A stretch of DNA of 64,000 bases from Tubiluchus corallicola (Eukaryota > Animalia > Priapulida): assembly GCA_030141605.1 (NCBI GenBank), contig JAQGDQ010000174.1, positions 62,001 to 126,000 on the forward strand, given 5' to 3'. Under the pieces are notes generated by a model that saw only the letters and a list, made by a program, of their open reading frames with translations, had not been told where the DNA came from and searched no databases. Positions 24,871 to 37,350 of the stretch are shown in pieces. The position numbers were made by a program, and so were the translations under genes. How positions within the stretch are numbered: the first letter of the stretch is position 1; every line of letters begins with the position of its first letter.

Positions 24871-26093
24871 TAGTTAAAGTTAAAAGGGGTTTTATTAAAA
24901 ACTTTGAAACTAAAAAAAGCATCGAAGACGCCTCGATTGTAATGTCCAACAGCAATTTTAGTGTGAGAGTGTTTACAAATAGCAACCAATTTTTATAGGC
25001 AGAGCCTATGATAGATGCAAAGAACTAATTGTTAAATCCCTCTTAGGATATGTCTTAAAACTATAGTTAACAGCTGAAATGAGATGTAATGGGTGTGTTC
25101 TATTTTATACATTCATTATTATTGTCAGGAGAGAATTTATTATGATACATATATGTATCACTTTTTTTACAAATATGTCCCAGTTATTTGTAGTTCTAAT
25201 TCTAAAACTATTGAAATCAGCCATGTGATCAGAGGCACAATATGGTCATGAACACTAGATTGGAGAGTACTTTTCGTTTCTTGCCAGTTCAAGACACTCA
25301 GATGTCCACACACTCTTATAAAATGTCTAGAAGCTTTCTACGTTGCAATATTACAGCTGCTATACTAAAATTTATAAACAATGGCAGACTGTAAAAATGT
25401 GGGCATTTTGAATGCACTGGAAGAAGGACCGAAACTACTGCCATATTCTAAAATAATCCGTAATTGAATGTGAGGACAAAGTTGCTTGGTAATGTAACCG
25501 ATTTTGTTCTCCACTTGCAAAAATTAAGGACCAATAAACAGAATGAGTAAATAAGTAGAGAAAATAGAAAAACTTTACAAAGATAGTTTTGATTGGTGAA
25601 TCAATTGGTCACATTAGAAGTCTATTGTGAAATTAAAAAAACGTTTTGTAGTATAACTTCTCGTTAAAATTCTGACATGACGATGAAATGCAAAAAGAGC
25701 TACGTTTTAGAGTTTGACTAAAATTACATTTGAACTGTTTACAAGTGAACCACTCAAAATCAGGGTGCAGTAAAGGCATTCTTTCTAAAAACATATACAA
25801 TCATGATCATGACGAAGCAGTATACCTAAAAAGTAAAGAACTATTAATTCCATATCAGGGTCACTCTCTGTTCCTTTCTACAGAGGAAGCCTTGATCGTC
25901 AACGCCACTTTACACTATAAAGTTTCATACTTGCAGGAAATGTAACTCCAGCGAAGGAAATATAGTTAGATTGACTGAAGTCCTATAAAAAGTGAAGTCG
26001 TGAAAATTTAAACACAAGAAATTATATGCGCGAACATAGTGGGTATTTATAAGGCAATCTGACCTAAATTCTAGGATCTAAGACCACAGATAG

Positions 26094-26330
26094 TGACTGG
26101 CTGACTGACTGACTGACTGATTGATTGATTGACTGACTGACTGACCGAATAACAAACTAACTGACTGACTAACTGACTGATTGACTGGCTGACTGGCTGA
26201 CTGACTGACTGACTGACTGACTGACTGACTGACTGACTGACTGACTGACTGACTGACTGACTGACTGACTGACTGACTGACTGAGTGGTTAGCTGGCTGT
26301 CTGACTAACTGCCTGGATGACTGACTAACG
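26094..26330. repeat. (CTGA)n microsatellite
   Basis: Direct inspection; complement of the (TCAG)n array at ~22.2-22.4 kb. Confidence 0.95.
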
Positions 26331-27960
26331 GATTAGGTAATCAGCTGTTTAATCGGCAAATGAGTGATTGAGGAAGAGGATTACTGATTATTATATGAAA
26401 TTCTGATTGCTTACCCCTATTATGTCCCATTACATTATCGTATACAGCAGCAATTTTATGTTTTTATGACGATAATATTGTAGTCATAGCCATCTGTAAT
26501 ATGTCAAAAATTACTTTTTACAGCAAAATTTAATCAGTCAAAATATTGTGTGCATTGAGCTCTATATTTGCGTTTGAGTTTGACAAGAAAAACTCACACA
26601 CGAAGAAAACCATGATAATCCCGAATTTTAAAATTTGAATGTGATGTGCAGACAAATGTTAATAAATTATTATCGAAAATTAAGGAGCTATCATCAAAAC
26701 AAAAATGGACAAATTCATTTGTTAAGCTCACTAATATAATGTGTATTTCAAAATGAAAATATAAATAACATCGAAACGAATCTAAACCTTCTTGTCCGCC
26801 TTACTTGTGCGCACGCACAGTCGCACACGTACACACAATTATTAGCTGACGCCATCTTAAAACAATGCTACAAGTGCTGCCATCTACAAGTGACAATGCA
26901 TACCTTACAACTAAATTTGTGAAAGTCATTTCATTTCACTGCACATTGAAGGCATTGAGCTAGGTGTTAGTAAGCTAAGCAACCATTAATTAAACTCAAT
27001 CTAACAGGTTCCCACAATTATCTTGGGGTCCGGTAGAAAGCCCTACTGCTCCATCTGTCGAGGAAAATCAAAACTGGCGCTAGTCGCGTATATTTGTATT
27101 TCCCAAATCTGTTGTAGCAGTAGTTGTTGAAACTAACAGTTTTGTAGTGTTCCGGCAGCAACAAGCAATACTATAGAGTGGCTAAAACGGGAAAGAAAAG
27201 AAAGAAAAACAAGAAGAAAAATCTGAGAGGAGAAACAGTGGTGAAATGCCTGTGTAGGGAAGCCTGGTAGCGTGGCAAGTCAGCGAGAAGTGATATGTAA
27301 TTCTTGCAGAGAAACAAATGTGGAATGGCTGAAACGGCAAAGCAAAGAAGCAGTCGTGAAATTCCTTCAGCGGAGTAAACAGAAATTCTGCAAAAACATG
27401 ACTAGTAACCAACCACCACTGCTGCGTCAGTTAACTTCGTGCATGCAACAATCTGAAGTCTCGAGAGAAGCCAAGTTACTATCAATGAAGCCAGTTTACA
27501 CAGAAATGTAATAAAAACATGTTGCAAGGTTTTCACACATCTGACAGCATGCCCTGGGAGGACCACTTCGATCTCTCCTCTTACACATTTCGCCTGCATC
27601 ACATTTTAACTTTTCCATTTCCCACAGTTCGAAGTATTGTCCTTAAAAGTTTTGATCTTTGGAACCTTGTGTTTCCTCCTAATAGCAAAGCATTTTATGA
27701 CTTACTTTCTTCGCGTCATATGGAATATCAAAGCAAGAAAGCAATTAGCCCCAGAAATCTGTTCAGCTGACTATATCTGACAGCACTAACCCACAAAGTC
27801 ACATATTTACTAATGCGTTATTAACTATTAGGCCCATTATATGGAGACCAGTCTCCGATGAATCTAGTCTCCTAATGGCATTTCTTGCTGTGCACAGGCT
27901 GAAAATTATTTCTATTCATTATGAGCGCATAAAAAGTTTTCAGGAGACTATTTTCTAGGC

Positions 27961-28509
27961 TTAAAGCACAAGAAAACCCTCCACTTACGTAAAACTTGCA
28001 AAATTCGTCTTGAAATTTTATACCATTTACATACTGCATTTTTGCATACAGGACTTGCGTCGATAGTAACGCAGTATAAAACGTGTAAATTTAAACTCCC
28101 GCGTGAGACGCAGCCATTTTGCGAAAAGTCATTTGCGAAACAAGTTTAGATAACATTGTGTAAAGTTTCAAAAATAATCGGAGCATATATAGCGCACAAC
28201 ATTTTAAATGATTAATAATTTTCTTTTCTAGTTACATAAGTCTTTCAAGTAGGCAAGCGGAATGCCAAGTAATATTACTTTGCATGGAAAGTTTTTTGAG
28301 ACATAGTTTAACATTTCCCTTTCTTCCCTTGATTTACATTGTGCGTATATGACGTCGTGTAGAGGCGCGGTCGGAACAGTATTGCGGGAGATTTAAAATG
28401 AAAACAAAACAAAAATCCCTTTTTACGCGAGTACGATATATGCATAAAATTACTATAAAGTAATATAATTTTGAGGCGATTTTTCTGAACCCCTTTTCTT
28501 GTCCTTTAA
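27961..28509 (+). mobile_element. Non-autonomous DNA transposon, Kolobok-like, copy 1
   Basis: TTAA|AGCACAAGAAAA...TTTTCTTGTCCT|TTAA termini; clear similarity to 45298-45710 and 52987-54390. Confidence 0.75.
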
Positions 28510-29674
28510 ATAGTTAACTAGCGAAATCAAACTATTTCTCTGCCACGCGAAATGACACAGTAAATTTAACTGCTAAACTTACTGAAAATACATAATCCAT
28601 TTATCCGCCCCCGCTAATTATTGAGAAAATGTATTGATTCAGCAGCTCCTTACACTTTATTAATAAATCTCACAGAATAATGCACTGCTTTTGCCGATAT
28701 TATTAACAGATTTTGCGAAGCAGCCTTTTTGTTTGATCGAACAAACGATCTTTTAATTTTCCCAGTCTAGTGTGACGCAATTTCCCCCATTGACGTCAAT
28801 ACGGGTGATAATTGTAGCTGGAAACTCCCTGCAAATTTACCGTATGTCTCTCTGCATTATGTTGAAATACATCTATCTGTTATTACCTTCGTCAACACAT
28901 CACTTGTGCTTGATGATGACATTTGAGCACTTGGTGACAATCTCCAAGGAAAGATGGAAAAAAACAAACGTGACAAGCTTATCATAATTTTTTCTTCATT
29001 TGCTAGAACACGGATTGTATAACTTTATATGCGTAATAGCTGTCCTCTATTTACTTTTATTCAAGTAAGAGACATTACTGCCTATTCAAGGAACAGAACA
29101 TTGTGAACACTTTCCCAGAATGAGTGCTCGTGCTTTTGTTGAATTCTGCAGTCACAGTTACAGCGTCATAGAAATCTTCACATGTGTTTTAATCAGCGTC
29201 CTACTTTTTCATGTGGTACTCCATTTTCATCCGTAATGATTACTAGAATAAGAGTTGACTTTTGTAAATTTAGTCAAGATTTATACCGCAGAAAATGTAA
29301 AAATTACGGTATCAGCTACATGCTAATATGATTCTACGTATGAATCAGTTAGTCATTACATAATTACCTGCCCTTTTTTACCACCAGGTGAGATATGATT
29401 TATTTAATAATCTCTGCGCTCTCTTGTCGGCTTTTAATATGCATGTTTAGAGTCTTGCAACAAATGAACTTGTACGTTTGTTTCTGCATGGCAATTCTAT
29501 CCTAGATAATTCTGTGAGCACACAAATTTGTGTATTAGTTGTATTAGTGCAGTCTTTTATATGCAGACACTAAGAGCTTGAAAAGGTGTTAACTAAGTTA
29601 CTATTCCTACATAGTCATATTTATAATCATTGCAACATTTACTGTAAATTGTTATCACAATTGTCTGCATCTTT

Positions 29675-29960
29675 CTAACGTTTCGCTCCCGCTAGCGGAG
29701 AACATATATCAGTTTTCAAACCGTCTGTTTTAAACCTAGTTTGTCAAATTACATCTTGAATAAACTTAATATGTTTAAACTAAACCAAATATTCCAATCT
29801 AAGATGGGACAGCTAATCATCTCCATACAATGCATTTCTAAACTCAATCCCCATTGTACCTAGAATCGAAGAAATTTCGAAATTGATTATAACCGTAGAG
29901 TTGTTCGTCGTCCCCTCTAAGCCAAATATTTGAAAACTAAAAAACTGTCGTCCAACTTAT
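29675..29960 (-). mobile_element. Possible Penelope-like element remnant with degenerate hammerhead motif
   Basis: Minus strand CTGATAT-ATGTTCTCCGCTAGCGGGAGC-GAAACGTTAG at 29675-29712; weak upstream INFEISSIL similarity to the GIY-YIG region. Confidence 0.4.
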
Positions 29961-30049
29961 TTCGTATTCTATTTCTCAAGTGTCTCCTAATGTAGCTTCC
30001 CCTCTGATCAAAGTTTCTTCTCTTTGCGTAAATACTTTGCGTAAATTGT

Positions 30050-30268
30050 ACTTTGTATAAATTAAATTCAGCAATATTAACGTAGATTGATCAAACGAAA
30101 TTAAGTGTTTAGGAATCTACATTGATGACAAGTTAAACCGGAACTCTCATATTTAACACTTACCTATAAAATAAGTGACATTACTGGTAAGTTCGTCTAA
30201 CACAGATACTACTTAGATGTTCAGCACTTAAATTAATAAACATACTATGGTCTGACATTCCCTTACTC
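30050..30268 (+). mobile_element. Decayed L2/CR1-group RT fragment
   Basis: IKCLGIYIDDKLNRNSHI...KISDITGKF..HRYYLD...YYGLTFPY with stops and frameshifts. Confidence 0.75.
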
Positions 30269-30360
30269 ATTCACTCACTCACACACTCACTCGCTGGCTC
30301 GCTCGCTCACTCATTCACTCGCTCACTCACTCACTCACTCACTTTACTTACTTACTTACG

Positions 30361-30424
<64 letters not shown>

Positions 30425-30648
30425 CACTCACTCACTCACTCATTCACTCACTCACTCACTCACTCACTCACTCACTCACTCACTCACTCACTCACTCACT
30501 CACTCACTCACTCACTCACTCACTCACTCACTTACTTACTCACTCACTTACTTACTTACTTAGTTACTTGCTTGCTTGTTTGTTTGCTTGCTTGCTTGCT
30601 TGCTTGCTTACTCGCTTATTTGCTTGCTTGTTTGCTTGCTTACTTACT
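30264..30648. repeat. Compound (CACT)n/(TACT)n/(TGCT)n microsatellite
   Basis: Direct inspection. Confidence 0.95.
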
Positions 30649-31589
30649 CTGTGGAGATGAGGAAAGAAAGTCAGATAATCAAATAAAAATATTCGCATCA
30701 GGATTAAGGTGAGTGTTAGGGTTAGAGCTATGATTGGAGTTAGGGTTATTTCTTTTTTCTCTGATTTTTTTCTGTAACTTTTTCTCCTGTGGCTTTTTTC
30801 TTTGACTTTTTTGCGATTTCTTTACCTGTGACTTTATTACTTTGGATTTATTCAGTTATAGGCCTGCATGAAAAAAATGCAGTTTAAAAGACGTCTAAAG
30901 TTGTTGGGCAAGTTGTAAGTTCACGGCAATGTTTCAATGTTACACTTACATAGAAAGTTTAGCATGACATTTATTTCTATAAGGAAGTCACGAGCGCTTC
31001 TATTAACAAGCGACCTGTAATTGTCCCTGTTGAGCTGCTGTCGGTCATGTTTCTTTCACAGAATGTGTCAGTGGCGTAATCGTGATTCAGATGCTACAAT
31101 TACAGAATGTAGGCGTGAGCACGGATGCAGAACGGTGCAGAAATCCACGCAGAAAACTCTATTGTTATATGAACTTTTGTATAAAAGAGGAACACACGGT
31201 TAAGCAAAAGCAGACGAGACATGCCGTCTATTTCAATTCTCACTTTAGGTGTCATTTGAATACAGTGACATTTTACACTCACTCATTTTACTCTGTCATT
31301 TTATTTTTGCCATGTATAATTGCAACTTGAGTGTATCATTCAATATCTATCTTCCTGTGTAACGGACACCCACAAGCTATTGACGTTTTTGGGCACCATC
31401 GATTGCATTTGTCAAGCTGCTAATTGTAGGACTAATTGTAGGTTCTACATGTAATATTAGTAATTTCGAACAGGTAGATTTACAAGTTTCACAATCAAAA
31501 CCAAAGCAACCAATATGGGGAATGCAAATTAATGATAGAGTGCAATGTAATGCAGCATGCATAGCATAACAAAGAGTTGTGTATTGTAT

Positions 31590-31960
31590 TATACTGTAAT
31601 GTAGCATTGTGTAGTGTAGTGTTGTGTTGTGTAGTGTAGTGTGGGGTGGGCGGGGCGGGGCGATGCGGTGCGGTGCAGGGCAGTGCAGTTCAGTGCGGTG
31701 TGGTGGAGTACACGGCAGTGTAGTGTAGTGTAGTGTAGTGTAGTGTAGTGTAGTGTAGTGTAGTGTAGTGTAGTGTAGTGTAGTGTAGTGTAGTGTAGTG
31801 TAGTGTAGTGTAGTGTAGTGTAGTGTAGTGTAGTGTAGTGTAGTGTAGTGTAGTGTAGTGTAGTGCAGTGCAGTGCAGTGTAGTGTAGTTTAGTGTAGTA
31901 TAGTGTAGTGCAGCATAGCTACCATAGCGTAGTGTAGGGTAGTATTAGTGTAGTGTAGTA
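31590..31960. repeat. (GTGTA)n pentanucleotide array
   Basis: Direct inspection. Confidence 0.95.
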
Positions 31961-32060
31961 TAATTATTTATCATTCTTTCAGAATAACTAAGTGTGGCTT
32001 TTGCGGTGTGTATTTTAAACGAAGTTTTATATTTTGGTAGCTGGTTTGAGCTCTCAGACT

Positions 32061-32510
32061 TACACTAAACTACACTACACTATATACGCTACATTGCACT
32101 AAACTGCACTACACTACGATGTGCAACGCTACACTCCTCTACACTACTCTATGCTACGCAACACTACACTACATTACACTACACTACACTACACTGCACT
32201 GCACTACACTACACTATGCTACACTACGCTACACTACACTACACTACACTACGCTACACTACACTACACTACACTACACTACACTACACTACACTACACT
32301 ACACTACACTACACTACACTACACTACAATGTACTACAGTACACTACAATACATTAAGCTACGCAACATTACACTACACTTCACTACACTGCACTACACT
32401 ACACTACACTGCACTGCACTACACTACACTATGCTACACTACGCTACACTACACTACACTACACTACGCTACGCTACACTACGCTACACTACACTACACT
32501 GTACAAAACT
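32061..32510. repeat. (TACAC)n pentanucleotide array, inverted relative to 31590-31960
   Basis: Direct inspection. Confidence 0.95.
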
Positions 32511-34826
32511 CTAGTAGCCTGCACTAGACACACACACACCACGGAGTTCTTACACTTCATCGTATGTACCAGAAAGATTGATCAGTTGCAACAAGATATC
32601 ACCAAAAGACAAAGCCACATTTATTTGTCGTCATTCATTAACAGACATTAGCACTAACAGCTGTTTAGCAGCACATAAATAATGAATAATATGTTGGACA
32701 TCACTGGGCATGCAAGGCTAAATTTGTAACATATTCGTCAATCGCGTGAAAAATTAAATATAAAATAAGTCCAACTTGATATTGAATTGAATGCCTATTT
32801 ATCAGTTTAAACGAGTTTGCTTGTCTTTTTGCTTATATGAAAAATTCTTCCATTGAAAATTTTTGCCAGAAAAAAGTCCAACGGCTGAAAGCTCTAGCAG
32901 AGCAGTTTCTATGCTGTTTTTAGCAAAGAGTTTTCCTCTGTGTTTTTGTGTTTAATTCACACTCAAAGCTCTTTTCATCCTTTGCCTATTAAATCGCATT
33001 ACAACACTAAGTCTTTAATAATGCACCTTACGTTACATCGCTAAATCTTTAATAGTGCAGCTTGCAAGATGTTTTTGTCGTGTGAAACCTTGTGTAACGA
33101 AATGTTGTGAAACATAATAACGATACCTTGTAATTTGTTTGCAGTAAGTGGTGATTTTTCTTTGAAGTTGAAACTTAATTAAATCAATTTACTACATCTT
33201 TAATTAACTCTAACCGATTTTGCTTAGGACACTTCTTGACAAGGCTAGCTTGTTTAGTAAAAATTATAGGTTCAGAGGGAAAAGCTATAATTAACCATAT
33301 TTAAATTTTGAAGCAATGAGCATGTTTGTGTATTCTTTTGTTTTCCATGGGCATCATAAATACTGTAGTATGAAATAACTGCACTTTACATGACATCACT
33401 TTTAATAATAATGATGATAATAATAATAACAATAAAACTAATAAAAAATTTTTATTGCTATAAAAATTGTACGTCACAGAACCACTATGCATTTAAAGTT
33501 TTATGGTATAACCAGTGTTTCCACTGCTGTGAGCAAGATTGTTATCACGCAATAAAATGAGTTTACAAACAAAAACACAAGTGAAGCTGTAATTAGTTAC
33601 AAAAATACATAAAACTTTACATTCAGTTCGCAGAGTGCAGAGTACTTAACACATTTACAAAACTTTTTTTGTAAAATTTTAAGCATATGAAATTGAAAGT
33701 GGGTGCTTTCTTGGTGTTTTGCGTTGGTTGATTGGAAAAAGTTAAATTATCATAGTCATCATCATCATGGTCGTCCTCGTTGTCATCGTCATCGTCGTCA
33801 TCATCACCATCATTATGACATGTGATTTTACTGAAAATCTTGACAAATTTTTGAATATTGAAGTTTGATCATTTTTTCTAACATTTCGGTCTACGTTACA
33901 GCTTACACGGAATTACTTGGAAAATTTCTTGGCATGTTTACATGATGCTGTTAAAATTAAATTTTTTCTTAGCTGGACAAAAATTTCGTCCTAAATCAAT
34001 GGAAACCATAAGCTGTCGTTACGTTCTTCGCTTTTGTTCACTGAAATTCCGATACTGGGCTTGGAAACATCTCACAATTCTACAAGTTGTTTGAGAAGCT
34101 ATGCTATCTATAGATTTATTTGCAGTTGAAATTAATTCTTGAATGTGCCTTTGTATAGTCCACCGTCTCCACCAATGTTAGACTTGCTTTATTCTCATCA
34201 TCCTTTAATTACATTTTACCTGCTCGTGTTTAGTTGTGAGTGTAATCGATCATTAACCAGTGTTCAGCTGTTATTAGATTAGAATTACTATCGGCTAGTT
34301 TTTGATTACAAGACGTGATACGTGCCATTTAATGCATTAGCGGTACCATTCTCCAAATTACTGCTTCAATTGTGTTGGTTTTTATAGCAGTAATAAAGAG
34401 AAGGTAACTTAGAAGCCAGTGAACTCTGCAACATAAAACAGTCTCATTGGCCGTATGTTGATTAACATACTTTGATTTACTTAATCCCCTTACAGTATTA
34501 AACTGTAAGCAACTCGTTGTCTGTAAAGTACGAATCAAAATTTCAGCTCCATAGCAAGAAACAGCAATTTTGAAAATAAGCACTGGTTATTTAAAAATTA
34601 TTTTGCCTCGAAATAAAATTCCACAATACAAGGCGTGTTGACGGTTACGGATCCCTTTTCTCGTCTGGAGGGGGCGAATTACGAAAGATCTTCGTTGAGG
34701 TAAATGCATAATAGCCATAATTAGGTGGGTGCATGTGTTTTGAAAGAAGAATGACTAATTAGTTTTTTGCTTTAGTAATTTTGTTTGGTAACTATAGACA
34801 CTTAGTAGTGTAGATGATCTCTACCT

Positions 34827-35470
34827 GGACAATTCGTTACTCACTTTCTGCATGCATATTTTGTGATTGGACATTTAGTAACGAAATATTTAGTAAATGC
34901 GCTTTAGAAATGCAAGACATTTGGTAACTCCTATACCTAATACGCTTGGTAAATACTAATGGACACTTGGTAAATAGACACCCGATAATGGCTAATTGGA
35001 ATTCTTTGTTACGGAACACTTATGCACCTGAGCACTTGGTAACATTGTTGGTATAGTTGGTAAGTGGGCATTTGGTAATAAGACGCCTATTAGATAGGTA
35101 TGTCTTTGGTAACTTTGACACTTGACACTTGTATAAAGTGTCCGACTACAAAACGCAAATTTATGTAATTGCAAGTTGCCAATGGTCAGATTACCTAATG
35201 TCCAGGTTACAAAACGTCGCCTATATTCGCGCAGTCACCAATTTTTCAATGTTACGGTTCCAAGCGTTGGAATTAGACATGCTTCGGATATACGCCTACT
35301 TGGTAACCGATAACTTTTTAACTTTGCGCAGAACGCGAGTTGTGTAAATCGGGTACTCGGTTATTGCAGATCTGAGGCGTCAACTGTCTGAACTTCCGTT
35401 GCTGTCAAGTGTATATAGATTACTAAATGTCCGAGTTAAAAATAATACATTTACCAGTTACGAACTGCTG
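34827..35470. mobile_element. Foldback-like MITE with short subterminal repeat arrays
   Basis: Left half has repeated GGACAYTTGGTAA variants and right half their complements (e.g. TTACTAAATGTCC); termini CAATTCGTTACT / AGTTACGAACTG. Confidence 0.55.
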
Positions 35471-35810
35471 TTATACAAACCTGTAGTATGTTGCCGTGAC
35501 TAACAAAGATATCAAATATCCACAAATATACACAAGCTTTGACTTCTTATCTATAATAGTAACAATCAATTTTGAATATATATTATACTGACAAAAATTC
35601 TTATTGCTTTCCATAAATAAAAATGGCGGCGATTTTCTAGTCATTTAACAGCAGGTAGCTGATACAACAAAGGTCAAAGAAATGAAGAAAATGTTGGTGC
35701 TTTGGTCACTTTTCTGACTTATTTGAGAGTTTCTTCACAGTGAAACTAATGTTTTGTATTTTGTATTTTTCCTTACAGGTTAAGCTATTTCTTGCTGACA
35801 AGTTAAAGGC

Positions 35811-35961
35811 ATGTGCACTACGGCTGTGCAAGTAGGAGTTGTGTTTATATGGACAAACTTGGTTCTTGTGCTTTCCATTATACCTATTTCACCTTTAGAA
35901 GAACAACAGTTAAAAGGTTTCATAAGTGAAGAAGCACGGCTTTTAAACGATGACGATAAAG
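35811..35961 (+). CDS. Secreted neuropeptide precursor (RFLamide-like), coding exon 1: signal peptide and acidic pro-region
   Basis: TTTTCCTTACAG acceptor ending at 35778; ATG at 35811; hydrophobic VQVGVVFIWTNLVLVLSII; AAG|GCAAGT GC-type donor in phase 1, matching exon 2. Confidence 0.78.
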
Positions 35962-36087
35962 GCAAGTACAAGAACACTACACAGGCCGTATTAATGGGAG
36001 AAAACTTACGTGTAACGTATTAATAATGTGAATCCCGATTATTCGTTTGTAATGAGCACAATGAACATAAGATAATTTTTAGCGAAA

Positions 36088-36196
36088 CCTCTCAAATTAC
36101 TGTTATCTTCTCAGTGATATGACCAGTCTTGTAACACTGACCTCAAATTACTGTTATCTTCTCAGTGATATGCCCACTCTTGTTGCACTGACCGCT

Positions 36197-36282
<86 letters not shown>

Positions 36283-36421
36283 CTCTCTCTTGCTCTCTCT
36301 CTCTCTTTCTCTCACGCTCTCTTTCTCTCTCTCTTGCTCTCTCTTTCTCTTTCTCTCTCTTACTGTCTCTCTTTGTCTTTCTCTTTCTCTTTCTCTCTCT
36401 TACTGTCTCTCTTTGTCTTTC

Positions 36422-36454
<33 letters not shown>

Positions 36455-36485
36455 TTTCTTTCGTTCTTTCTTTCTTTCCTTCTTT
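36088..36485. repeat. ~50-bp tandem duplication followed by (CT)n/(CTTT)n microsatellite
   Basis: CTCAAATTACTGTTATCTTCTCAGTGATATG occurs twice, followed by a pyrimidine tract. Confidence 0.9.
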
Positions 36486-36555
36486 GACTTTTCACTTCTC
36501 ATAAGATATACTATTATTCGACTATTTGCATACAATATAGTCCCTTATTTCTCGC

Positions 36556-36946
36556 AGTCTAGGTCTAAATCCTGAAAAACGTGCTTCTGAAAAGTTCTAG
36601 GACTTTTTTAGTGGGCACCATAGCCAGTCTTATTAATTAGACTATGCTGAATCCGAAAAAAACTGTCGCCAGCTCGAAAAATTTGAACTGAAAATGGACA
36701 GAAATGGGTTCCTCGGGTCCAGCTACCCTGGAATAGATGTCATATTGGCTTCTTAATGTTAATTTTCTAAACATTTATCTTAATTTAAGTTGTTTGTGCA
36801 AAAACTTGGCGGCCATATGTTTTTTTCGTTTTTAACCTATTTTCGCCACCTTTTCAAGCTGGCAACAGCGTTTTTCGGATTCAGCATAGTGAAATTGATA
36901 AGACTGCCTTTGGTGCCCCTATGTTTTATGAAAATGAGACTAGACT
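36556..36946. mobile_element. MITE with long imperfect TIRs in the neuropeptide intron
   Basis: GGGCACCATAGCCAGTCTTAT...ACTATGCTGAATCCGAAAAA is mirrored by TTTTTCGGATTCAGCATAGT...ATAAGACTGCCTTTGGTGCCC; AGTCTAG/CTAGACT ends. Confidence 0.8.
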
Positions 36947-36976
36947 ATCATAACAATAAAAAATTTCTTTTTTTAG

Positions 36977-37350
36977 GATTCGATGGAACGATAAAATTTA
37001 ATGCTCTACGAGACGAAAAATCGTCTGAAATCACTTTGGAAGATTTTTTGATTTTGCGTCGCCTATTGGATGAACAGTACAACTCGGACCCTGCTCTCTC
37101 CGTAACGAAAAGAAGAAATTCCGGTAGGCGTCGCTACTCATCTTTTGGCGGCACTAAGCGCCTGTACCGTGGAGGAACAGGAGGCGGAGGGGGCGAATGT
37201 ATCAGTTCTAGATCAGATCTTATTGATCTCTTGATGGCTATTCACCAGGCAAGATCAAAAGGCATTCCAGGTCATATGATTAGTATCTGTGGTCAAGTCC
37301 GACCAGTGGCGCCCATTCGAACGGACATTCGTTATTTGGGTATTGGCTAA
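36977..37350 (+). CDS. Secreted neuropeptide precursor (RFLamide-like), coding exon 2
   Basis: TTTCTTTTTTTAG acceptor; basic cleavage sites KRR, RRR and KR; two Cys; C-terminus RPVAPIRTDIRYLGIG-stop; AATAAA at 37595-37600. Confidence 0.82.

Noticed and set aside
36790-36976. N-terminal part of the 186-aa ORF as coding sequence
   Set aside because: Lies in a MITE arm and polypyrimidine tract and starts at TTG; the spliced model supplies a proper signal peptide.
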